The notes: generated by a model from the letters alone, not told the origin. A stretch of 32,000 nucleotides of DNA from Nitrososphaera viennensis EN76 (GCF_000698785.1 NZ_CP007536.1:750001-782000); one strand, 5' to 3'; positions 18,690 to 26,824 are shown, numbered from the stretch's first letter. Numbers and translations are program-made.

Positions 18690-21600
18690 ATTGGCCGGAA
18701 AAAGAGACATCATAGATAATGACAAAGACAAGTATACCATGGCCGCATTTCTTAATGAAGAGCTAAAGAACTTCAAGAATAATGGAGCAATCGATATCTC
18801 ATCAGGGTACTTTAACGTTGCAGGATACAATCTTCTTCGAGAATCTTTATGGGAGTTTACCAAACGTCCGGAATTCAAACTAAGGATGCTTTTTGGTAAA
18901 GAGGCCATCAAGGAAGAAAATGATGCAAAAAGCTTTGAAGAACAGATAGAGACGATAGACAAGACTGCCGACCAAGAATATTCCGTAGCCAAAGAACTGT
19001 CAGGCATGACTCTAGAGTGGGAGTCTGCAAAAACCGTTGACGACCTAGTTGCTTTCTTGAAACAAAATAAGGTAGAGGTCAAGACTAACAAGAACCGGTT
19101 CAATCATTCAAAGTGCTACATACTTGACGATTCCGCAGTAGTCGGTTCAAGCAACCTCACTGCTGCTGGCCTGAAGCACAATGTTGAGCTTAACGCAGTA
19201 TTGTACCAGGCTTCCGCAATAAAAGAAGTCAAAGAATGGTTTGAGAAACGGTGGATAGATGCCGAGGATGCCAAAGCCGAACTAATCAAGACACTGGAAG
19301 AATCCAAGTTCGGCCATCCGCTTGAGCCATACCTGATGTATATGAAACTCCTCTATGAATACTATCGCCCACGACTAGAGGAACTTGAAAAAGCAAAGGC
19401 GGCAAGGGTCGAATTAACCGAGTTTCAGAGAGATGCGGTGGTCTCTGCGCTCCGCATACTGGACAAGTATGGCGGAGTAATAATAGCTGATTCAACAGGG
19501 CTTGGAAAGACCCACATCGGCCTATCGCTGTTGAGAGAACTGGCTTCAGTTAGAAGGAAAAAAGTTCTCCTTGTTGCACCAAGACAGGTTCTTGACTCCG
19601 TATGGGAGCCAAGACTGTTGGAGGAGAGCATCAAGACAAAGAACAAATCTTTGGAAGTGACTGGAACCGACTCTTTTGATCCAACTGATTATCTTGATTA
19701 TGACGTCGTCATTGTAGATGAGAGTCACAATTATCGCTCTGCTTCTACCAAGAGGCATAACAACATCATGAAGGTGCTGGCAGGTGGAAAAAAGAAGCAA
19801 GTCATTTTGATGACTGCCACCCCGGTGAACAATTCTCTCATGGACCTGTACAACCAATTAAGCCTCATTACGGCAGGAGATGACACCCATTTTGCAGACC
19901 TTGGAATAGGCGACTTGAAGGCATATTTTGTAAGTGCGGACAGAAAACAACTTGCAAGCGGTATAGAGGATATTGTCAGGCTCCTTGACGAAATTATGAT
20001 CAGACGTACAAGGTCCTTCATCAAGGAGAACTATCCTGAGGCAACACTGAATGACAGGAAAATCACCTTCCCGCAACGACGACTGACAAAGGTGCAGTAC
20101 AGTCTAACCGAGCTTTTTGGTACTGAAATTTACAGTCAGGTCATAGAAACAATTGACAACCTGAACCTTGTTCCATACAGGGTTGATGCATATCGTATTG
20201 ACATTGAAGAGGAGGAAAAGAAAGAAGTCGAACAACGTGCTTCGTTGCAGAAATATGGACTACTAAAGAGATTTGAAAGCAGCGCAGAAGCTATCAGGAA
20301 AAGTATTGACAGGCTGCTTAGATTCTATACTACTTTCTCCGCGGTCCTTGATGAAGGAAAAGTCCTTAACAACAAGAAATTTCACGAGATACTCTCTGAA
20401 TATCAGGATGAAGAAGAGTTTGACGACGATAGGTTCTTGGAAGAACTTGCCAAGATAGAGCTTGAACCGGTAAAGGGTCTTGACATTAAACGGATGCAAA
20501 AAGAGCTGCGGCAGGATATCAAGAAACTGGAACCGCTCAAGGAAAATCTGTCCAAGATGCAACCGTGGGCAGACTCGAAGCTAAATGCCCTGAAGCACTT
20601 GTTCATAAAAGACAGGATCTTTGAAGAGGGGGGAAAGAAAGCGGTGGTCTTTACGCAGTTCGTAGACACTGCTAACTATGTCTACGACGACTTGAAGAAA
20701 AACATGCCTGATAAGAAGGTCTTGATTCTTACAGGGAGAACTAACCCCGAAACAAGAAGGAAAATTTTGATGGAATTTGCCCCGCGTTCGAACAATCCTG
20801 AAAACAAAGTAATAGAAAGAGAAGCTGACATTCTTGTTTCTTCAGAGGTTCTCAGTGAAGGTCAGAACCTCCAAGATGCCAACTATGCGATTAATTACGA
20901 CCTGCCATGGAATCCGATGAAGATTGTACAACGTGTTGGCAGGGTTGACCGCCTCACAACCCAATTTCCAGAAGTTACGTCGGCAGTATTCTTTCCGGAA
21001 AAGGAACTTGAAGACGAACTGGGGCTGCTCGTAAAGCTGACCAAGAAGATTCAAAAGGCAGCAGGCACGGTGGGAGTAGAATCCTCGATACTGGGGGAAA
21101 AAGAATCGCCAAAGAACTTTAATGCATTTGAGAAAATCAAGAAAGAAGATGCCTCGCTTCTCGACGACATGGAACGCAGCTCCGAGCTGCTTCCGTTGAT
21201 GACGCCCTATCAGACCATCCTAAGCTACCTAAAGAAGGTGGGCGAGAAGGAGCTAAAGGGAATACCCTATGGAAAGAGAAGCGGAAGGAATTCACAAGAG
21301 AGTGGAGTCGTGCTAGCCTATAGGGAAAAACACAGTAAAGACTCTATTCATTTCCTGTTCTTTGATTACAAGGTCAAACGTATTGAACACGTGGGCGACA
21401 TTAACTGGATATTCAGGCTGCTAAAGTGCGAGGAAGAAGAACAGTTGACGATACCGCTGGAAGGCTACGAATTATTTAGGCAACTAAAGATTATAGACGA
21501 AAAGGCACGTCAGGAAATATTGATAGCAGTTAATGCTCCATTTAATGCTAAAAAAACTCAGAAAATTAAACCAAAATATCAACACGAGTTGGTAAGTATT

Positions 21601-21900
21601 CTATTCCAGGCAGTCCATACAGGGAAAGCTACGAAAGAAGAGATCCTTCCGGTGTATTCCATAATAACCAGTGCAAACTTTACCGCATGGGATAACGATT
21701 TTAAGAAAATGTACGAGTCGTATCAGAACAATCAAGACATACACAATCTTGTAACGTCGCTGAACAAGTTGTTTGAACAATACAAAATCAAGACACGGGA
21801 ATCCCTGGCACCCAAAGAAGTGAAACCTGAAGACTTGGTGCTGGTAGGTTGTATGTTCCTCTCTAATCCGTCATTTAGAGACTGGAATATGCTTGCATAG
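18664..21900 (+). CDS. PLD (single HKD) nuclease domain fused to SNF2-family helicase
   Basis: ATG 18664 overlaps the methyltransferase 3' end by 26 nt; alternative starts are TTG 18652 and ATG 18739. HKD-like HSKCYILDDSAVVGSSN is at 19105-19155. SNF2 motif I DSTGLGKT is at 19489-19512 and motif II DESH at 19717-19728. Motif III is LMTATPVNNSLMDLYNQL, and motifs V/VI are SEGQNLQDANYAINYDLPWNPMKIVQRVGRVDR. Confidence 0.9.
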   Translation: MRQIKEKIELAGKRDIIDNDKDKYTMAAFLNEELKNFKNNGAIDISSGYFNVAGYNLLRESLWEFTKRPEFKLRMLFGKEAIKEENDAKSFEEQIETIDKTADQEYSVAKELSGMTLEWESAKTVDDLVAFLKQNKVEVKTNKNRFNHSKCYILDDSAVVGSSNLTAAGLKHNVELNAVLYQASAIKEVKEWFEKRWIDAEDAKAELIKTLEESKFGHPLEPYLMYMKLLYEYYRPRLEELEKAKAARVELTEFQRDAVVSALRILDKYGGVIIADSTGLGKTHIGLSLLRELASVRRKKVLLVAPRQVLDSVWEPRLLEESIKTKNKSLEVTGTDSFDPTDYLDYDVVIVDESHNYRSASTKRHNNIMKVLAGGKKKQVILMTATPVNNSLMDLYNQLSLITAGDDTHFADLGIGDLKAYFVSADRKQLASGIEDIVRLLDEIMIRRTRSFIKENYPEATLNDRKITFPQRRLTKVQYSLTELFGTEIYSQVIETIDNLNLVPYRVDAYRIDIEEEEKKEVEQRASLQKYGLLKRFESSAEAIRKSIDRLLRFYTTFSAVLDEGKVLNNKKFHEILSEYQDEEEFDDDRFLEELAKIELEPVKGLDIKRMQKELRQDIKKLEPLKENLSKMQPWADSKLNALKHLFIKDRIFEEGGKKAVVFTQFVDTANYVYDDLKKNMPDKKVLILTGRTNPETRRKILMEFAPRSNNPENKVIEREADILVSSEVLSEGQNLQDANYAINYDLPWNPMKIVQRVGRVDRLTTQFPEVTSAVFFPEKELEDELGLLVKLTKKIQKAAGTVGVESSILGEKESPKNFNAFEKIKKEDASLLDDMERSSELLPLMTPYQTILSYLKKVGEKELKGIPYGKRSGRNSQESGVVLAYREKHSKDSIHFLFFDYKVKRIEHVGDINWIFRLLKCEEEEQLTIPLEGYELFRQLKIIDEKARQEILIAVNAPFNAKKTQKIKPKYQHELVSILFQAVHTGKATKEEILPVYSIITSANFTAWDNDFKKMYESYQNNQDIHNLVTSLNKLFEQYKIKTRESLAPKEVKPEDLVLVGCMFLSNPSFRDWNMLA

Positions 21901-21956
21901 AATTTCTTACCAGGGCAGTAATCCCTAAAACATAGCTGTTGCTACCTGAAATATCC

Positions 21957-23324
21957 ATGACAAAGAAGGTAACGGATCCAGGGTTTGTGAGTCAGCGTGA
22001 GGAGCTGAAATCTCCGGTAAGGGAATTCGTCCACGACCCAGTTCATGGACCAATAAACCTGGAACCCCATGAGAAGCTCTTTCTCGATACTCCAATCTTT
22101 CAGAGGTTGCGAAGGGTAAAGCAGCTGCAGACTGCACACTTTGTCTATCCGGGTGCAAACCATACCAGATTCGAGCACACTCTCGGGGTATTCCATATTA
22201 CATCGTATTTTGCTGAAAATGTACTTGAACAGCTGGTCGATAATGGTGTCCTGAAACACGCCGAAAAACTGCATTACAAGCGGCTTGTCAGGCTCTGGGC
22301 ACTCTTCCACGACGTAGGGCATGGTCCATTTTCCCACACCTTTGACACAGCTGTGATGTCCAAGATTGGAATGAACCATGAAAAGCTGTCTATCAGGATC
22401 ATTAAAGAAAACGACGAAATACACAAGGGATTCTCATCAAAGGAATTCAAAGCAACAGGCCTTTCCATCAGAGATGTCATAAAGGCTCAGGAGGACTCAC
22501 TTTCCAAGTTTAATCCAATCGAGAAGGCGCTTCTGCAGATAATAAAGGGCCCGTACAGCGCAGACACCACCGACTATTTGCTCAGAGACTCGTACCATAC
22601 AGGCGTAGAATATGGAAAGGTTGCATGGCAGAGGCTCATCTTGACTTCCAGAATCGTCGGCGACAAGATGTGCCTTGAGAAACGATCCAAGGCAGCGCTG
22701 ATTTCATTCTTCTTTGCTAGGCATCAGATGTTCGATACCGTCTACTACCACAGGACCAACAGTGCTGCAGACAGAATGATAAGGGACATACTGGAGAGGG
22801 CTTCAGACACAATCCTGCCGTACGTCGAGGACCTGAACAAGTACGTCGACCTTGACGAAGAGAGCCTCCTCCAGATGCTAAAGAACAGCAGCGATAAAAC
22901 AACAAGCCAGATGACGAGAGACTACATGAACAGGAGGATTCCATGGCGCCTAGCCTACGAAGAACAAAAGCCCATAAACGAATCCCTCCTCATAGAACTC
23001 CTCAGGAGCGAACAGTATCAGAAGGCTATTCAGCAGAAGATAGGGGAAAGGGTTGGTAACGAGTTGAATTTTTACGTCACCGGCTTTTACATCCCTGAAA
23101 CACCACTAAACCCGTTCAGAAACATTGCAGAGGTGGACATCTACAACCACGACACCGACTCGGTAGAAAGCTGGAACTTTATTCATGACCTGTACATGCA
23201 CAGCCCTTTCCATACCTGGTTGCGAGTATACATTGACAAAAAGCACGGTCAAAAGGACAAGGCTGCCCTTGTAAAGGCTGCAAAAGACGTCTTTTCAGGC
23301 AGCGTGGCCGAAGTGCACATGTGA
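21957..23324 (+). CDS. SAMHD1/EF1143-like HD-domain dNTP triphosphohydrolase
   Basis: The start is ATG 21957; the track ORF starts at TTG 21939. The motifs are HTRFEHTLGVFH, ALFHDVGHGPFSH (HD at 22308-22313) and ADTTDYLLRDSYHTG, the typical metal and substrate motifs of dGTPase/SAMHD1-type HD enzymes. Confidence 0.85.
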   Translation: MTKKVTDPGFVSQREELKSPVREFVHDPVHGPINLEPHEKLFLDTPIFQRLRRVKQLQTAHFVYPGANHTRFEHTLGVFHITSYFAENVLEQLVDNGVLKHAEKLHYKRLVRLWALFHDVGHGPFSHTFDTAVMSKIGMNHEKLSIRIIKENDEIHKGFSSKEFKATGLSIRDVIKAQEDSLSKFNPIEKALLQIIKGPYSADTTDYLLRDSYHTGVEYGKVAWQRLILTSRIVGDKMCLEKRSKAALISFFFARHQMFDTVYYHRTNSAADRMIRDILERASDTILPYVEDLNKYVDLDEESLLQMLKNSSDKTTSQMTRDYMNRRIPWRLAYEEQKPINESLLIELLRSEQYQKAIQQKIGERVGNELNFYVTGFYIPETPLNPFRNIAEVDIYNHDTDSVESWNFIHDLYMHSPFHTWLRVYIDKKHGQKDKAALVKAAKDVFSGSVAEVHM

Positions 23325-23654
23325 TTGTGCCACCGTAGGCCCAACATCGATCCCAAGAATTGAATATGTGGTCGATTAGACGCCCCCTTGCCCACTCGTA
23401 TTTGTCAACCTTGTTTTCGCACAGGGTCATCAGCTGCATTTTCTGATCCAGGTCAATTCAACCGTATTCTGATGGCGTGCCTCTGAATCTTATCCTACAA
23501 CACAAAGGTTTGCGGGGATCCTACTTTTAGACAAGCTTCTGACACCTTTCATGAAGGGTTTAGCGAATGCTGCGTAGGACAAGAATGCTTGGCGAGCTTG
23601 TTTTTACAAAGGAATCGTGTCGGGATTAATCAAGCTGTAACCAATATTGCTTAT

Positions 23655-24632
23655 TCAACTACTGCCTTTAAACAAGTCATCAAGGGTTCCTTGCTTCTTG
23701 GCAAAAACATTCATGAATTTCTCGACATCATTCGCATCTGCTCTTTCAACAGAGTCTTTAGTCCGGTGAATGAACTCAATCCAATCCTGCGGACCTCTTG
23801 TTTTCTTGACGGCAACAATAAGATGATAGTAATAGCCACCTCGCCCCTGAATTTTGATTGGTATCACAACATCCTTGTGTTGTCTTATCTGCGACATGTA
23901 GAGCTCCAAGAATTCCCCGTTTGTCCTACACTGCTGCCATGCGTTGGTTCCAAAGAAATCTGTTAACGTAGACGCATACTTGACGTTATAGTCGACAGAG
24001 CCCACGACCCGCTGCACGGACTGGAAGTTGATTATTACATCGCTCCAAGCGTCCAAAAGCAACTCAAGAGTACGCCATCGTACATCCATTCCGTAAGGGT
24101 CTACAAACGCCAAGATGGGCGTATTTCGTGGCACAAGTGAAAGAGCGTGTCTCAGTCCGTGGCCCCCGGGGTTGTTGATGTCACTGTTGACGTCGCCATT
24201 AATTATGTGCGCCGACGGCATCAGTTTCTGAAGAGCCTCACAATATGATTTTTCCTTTTCAACCAGGACATAGCCGTCAAAGGCTTTTCTAGCTTTTTTC
24301 ATCGCAACCATCGGGGAGCCAAAGACTATGGCGTTATCCACATCCTCAATCTTATTGAGACCGCAGCCGGCATTCGTTTCCAGATAGTACATTCGACCTA
24401 TTCTACTCTTGACTATGCTTGTGTACATGTCAACGTAATTTCCAAGAAAAGCGAGTTTAAGAATGGCCCAAGAGTCGGCAGGCATAGCCTGCTTCGTCGT
24501 TCCATACAACTGCTTCGCTTCGTCTTCAAAACCATGAAGTTCCTCCAATCTTTCTATCCACCAGTCAAGGTATGTTTTTGGCTTACGACTGGGGCTTTTG
24601 CCGCCACTTCGGGTATTATTGCGGGCACTCAA
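23655..24632 (-). CDS. tcmP: Three-Cys-motif partner protein (TcmP-like), Rossmann methyltransferase-like motif order
   Basis: The start is TTG at 24632, 5 nt after the upstream stop. LETNAGCGL (24357-24383) resembles SAM motif I. It is followed by VLVEKE, INGDVN and AFVDPYG (DPYG at 24090-24101). The family name is from my memory of the TIGRFAM/NCBI naming and was not searched. Confidence 0.7.
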   Translation of the reverse strand: MSARNNTRSGGKSPSRKPKTYLDWWIERLEELHGFEDEAKQLYGTTKQAMPADSWAILKLAFLGNYVDMYTSIVKSRIGRMYYLETNAGCGLNKIEDVDNAIVFGSPMVAMKKARKAFDGYVLVEKEKSYCEALQKLMPSAHIINGDVNSDINNPGGHGLRHALSLVPRNTPILAFVDPYGMDVRWRTLELLLDAWSDVIINFQSVQRVVGSVDYNVKYASTLTDFFGTNAWQQCRTNGEFLELYMSQIRQHKDVVIPIKIQGRGGYYYHLIVAVKKTRGPQDWIEFIHRTKDSVERADANDVEKFMNVFAKKQGTLDDLFKGSS

Positions 24633-24637
24633 CTAAA

Positions 24638-25744
24638 CTATTCCTGCCCATAACACTGGCATGTTAATGGCTTGAACTTTATGCCAAGTTTGGATAGTAG
24701 TGCTGTTGTCTCTTTGCAGATGCTTACTTTGTCCAGCGGGTAGCCAAGTGAATGCAGCTTGTCGAACATGAACCTGTACATCTCTAGCCTAGTTGTGGTG
24801 CTGATCTTCTTGCCCCAACCGGTATCTTCTGCAAAAAATGAAGCCCATTCCATGTCTGTTCCTGACTTTTCTGCATAGTGTATGGTTTTCCAAAGGCCTC
24901 TAGGAGTTCCGAGAATAATGCGGCGTGGCTCAAATTCAGAGATGATCCTAAAAACCAAGTCCTCATATTGTTGCTTCCAGTCGGGAACAGGAAACATAGG
25001 GTCAATTCTAACTCTGACTTCATACCCTTTGGAAGAAACCATACTTGCAGCCCTTATTCTTTCCTCCGGGCTAGGAGCAGCCTTTTCCCATCGTTTCGCT
25101 ACGTCAATGGCATTGATACTCCAAGCACAAATGGTGTTGCGACGCGGCTTTTCGAGTAGGAACCCGATACTCTTGGGTCCCATCTTTGTAAGTAGCAGCA
25201 CCTTGTGCTTCTTTTGCTCTTCAAATTTATCCACTATTTGACGCATAAGTTCAGGTTTCATGAGGGAGTCCGACAATTCGCCGGTATTGAAGATAGCAGG
25301 TTTTCCGTAATTGAAAGTTGGGTCACCAAATACCCCATCCAACGCTTTCAGTACTGAATCCGGCTTGACAAAACGGGGCCGCATATTTCCGCGGTTTGTT
25401 CCTCTAAGATAGCAATACGAACAGTCCAGTGGACAACCAAAGGCCCACCTTACTTCCCAGAATTCTCCACATCCAATATCTGGGGGGGTCTTGTGAAATA
25501 GTCCAATTATACCTCTCCCATAGGACGCATTTTTTGTTTCACTCGGGGCACGCCCTTCAGTCTCGGGGTGAACCAATGACGCAAGCCTATTGACTGTTAA
25601 AAAGGGGTCTATCTTCAGAGTATCTTTCCCTACAATCTCTCTCTTCTTTTTGCGTATTGTCTTCCAAGCCTTGTACGCGGCTTTTCTCTGTCTAACCGTA
25701 GGGGTATTCTGACTCTTGTCGAAATCATCAAGATTATCTTTCAA
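24638..25744 (-). CDS. Radical SAM protein of the SplB / COG1533 'DNA repair photolyase' type
   Basis: WAFGCPLDCSYCYLRG carries the CxxxCxxC cluster at + coordinates 25412-25435, about 105 aa into the protein. The only upstream in-frame start is TTG 25744, with AAGGAG 14 nt upstream. The protein is 368 aa. Confidence 0.8.
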   Translation of the reverse strand: MKDNLDDFDKSQNTPTVRQRKAAYKAWKTIRKKKREIVGKDTLKIDPFLTVNRLASLVHPETEGRAPSETKNASYGRGIIGLFHKTPPDIGCGEFWEVRWAFGCPLDCSYCYLRGTNRGNMRPRFVKPDSVLKALDGVFGDPTFNYGKPAIFNTGELSDSLMKPELMRQIVDKFEEQKKHKVLLLTKMGPKSIGFLLEKPRRNTICAWSINAIDVAKRWEKAAPSPEERIRAASMVSSKGYEVRVRIDPMFPVPDWKQQYEDLVFRIISEFEPRRIILGTPRGLWKTIHYAEKSGTDMEWASFFAEDTGWGKKISTTTRLEMYRFMFDKLHSLGYPLDKVSICKETTALLSKLGIKFKPLTCQCYGQE

Positions 25745-25886
25745 GAGTAATCATGCTCCTTGAAGGATGTCTGCAAGACAATTACAACTACACCGGAATT
25801 GGTTGATGTGGTATAAAACGTAGCTATGCCGTGAGGGGGAGGGGGTGTCCGCTGGCGCAGAATTCCTCGAATTTATTAAGCAGTTT

Positions 25887-25906
25887 ATTCGACTAAGATT
25901 CGACTA
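25887..25906 (+). promoter_or_regulatory. Tandem 9-bp direct repeat between TATA-like box and ATG of the Gp37/Gp68 gene (putative operator)
   Basis: ATTCGACTA occurs at 25887-25895 and again at 25898-25906, an 11-bp period. It lies immediately 3' of TTTATT (25884-25889) and ends 4 nt before ATG 25911. Confidence 0.25.
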
Positions 25907-25910
25907 GTTC

Positions 25911-26681
25911 ATGGGAGACAAGTCTGCCATACAGTGGACCGATGCGACATGGAACCCTAGTACAGGTTGCTCAAAAGTTTCTCCAGGATGTAGAAACTGT
26001 TACGCGGAACGCCTCTCTTTAAGACTAAAAAGAATGGGTAATCCAAAATACAAATCAGGATTCAGTTTTACTTTACACCCGGATGCTCTCGACGTTCCTT
26101 TAAAGTGGAAGAAACCAAGAAAGATCTTTGTGAATAGCATGTCGGACCTGTTCCATGAATCAATGCCCGACGATTATCTCCTCAAGTGTTTTGAAATTAT
26201 GGAGAAGGCCGATTGGCACATCTATCAGGTGCTGACAAAAAGGCCAGAGCGGATGCTTGCGTTCACAAAAAAGTACGGGAAGGTCTCTGATCACATTTGG
26301 CTTGGAACGTCCGTAGAACTTGATCTCTACAAGAAGAGAATCGATATCCTGAGAAAGGTTCCATGCAGGATCAGGTTTGTCAGTTTTGAACCCCTTTTAG
26401 GGCCGATAAGCGAAGTCAACCTAAAGGGTATTTCTTGGGCAATTGTCGGTGGAGAAAGCGGGCCTTATTTTCGAGACGTAAAGATTGAATGGATAAAGGA
26501 AATACAAGAGCAATGTGCGCAGCAAAACGTGGCGTTTTTCTTCAAACAGTGGGGAGGCAAGACTCCCACGGCCAGAGGGCGCTTATTGGATGGCAAAGAA
26601 TGGAACGAGTATCCAAGCATGCCGACTGAAGGAAAGATATCGGTGTTCCCAGTTCAAGAAAATACACATACGAGGATCTGA
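25911..26681 (+). CDS. Gp37/Gp68 family (DUF5131) three-Cys protein
   Basis: The N-terminus IQWTDATWNPSTGCSKVSPGCRNCYAE matches my recollection of the family consensus. The C-x6-C-x2-C motif is at 25968-26000. The protein is 256 aa with a clean ATG start. Confidence 0.85.
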   Translation: MGDKSAIQWTDATWNPSTGCSKVSPGCRNCYAERLSLRLKRMGNPKYKSGFSFTLHPDALDVPLKWKKPRKIFVNSMSDLFHESMPDDYLLKCFEIMEKADWHIYQVLTKRPERMLAFTKKYGKVSDHIWLGTSVELDLYKKRIDILRKVPCRIRFVSFEPLLGPISEVNLKGISWAIVGGESGPYFRDVKIEWIKEIQEQCAQQNVAFFFKQWGGKTPTARGRLLDGKEWNEYPSMPTEGKISVFPVQENTHTRI

Positions 26682-26817
26682 CTTGTTATCCAAGCACTCA
26701 AGTTGTTGGTCCCCCAAGCGCAACCATCGAATATCGACAATCGCAGATTTTTAAGCCAGACTGAAGAGTTACCAGAAGCAGCCAAAGGGCCCCCCCTCCC
26801 CCCAAAGTGTCCCCAGC

Positions 26818-26824
26818 TTTATTT
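26818..26824 (+). promoter_or_regulatory. TATA-like element for the Cys-rich miniprotein / Orc1 transcription unit
   Basis: TTTATTT is centred 26 nt upstream of ATG 26847. Confidence 0.3.

Noticed and set aside
18384-19103. 239-aa minus-strand ORF spanning the MTase / PLD-SNF2 junction
   Set aside because: It overlaps two motif-rich plus-strand genes, has no recognisable motif and has a skewed S/F/L composition. It is a shadow ORF.
14538-21900. Calling the MTase + SNF2/PLD genes BREX or canonical DISARM
   Set aside because: No PglZ, BrxA/B/C/L, DrmA or DUF1998/DrmB-like protein is encoded anywhere in the window. Only the methyltransferase family and the SNF2/PLD domains are shared.
23325-23654. 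tRNA fragment or att site in the HD-tcmP gap
   Set aside because: I looked for T-arm-like GGTTCRAATCC and acceptor-stem complementarity on both strands and found nothing convincing by eye. This needs tRNAscan/Infernal to settle.
23589-23966. 125-aa plus-strand ORF overlapping the 3' part of tcmP
   Set aside because: It has no motifs, begins with a TTG inside the non-coding gap, and most of it is antisense to the better supported TcmP-like gene.
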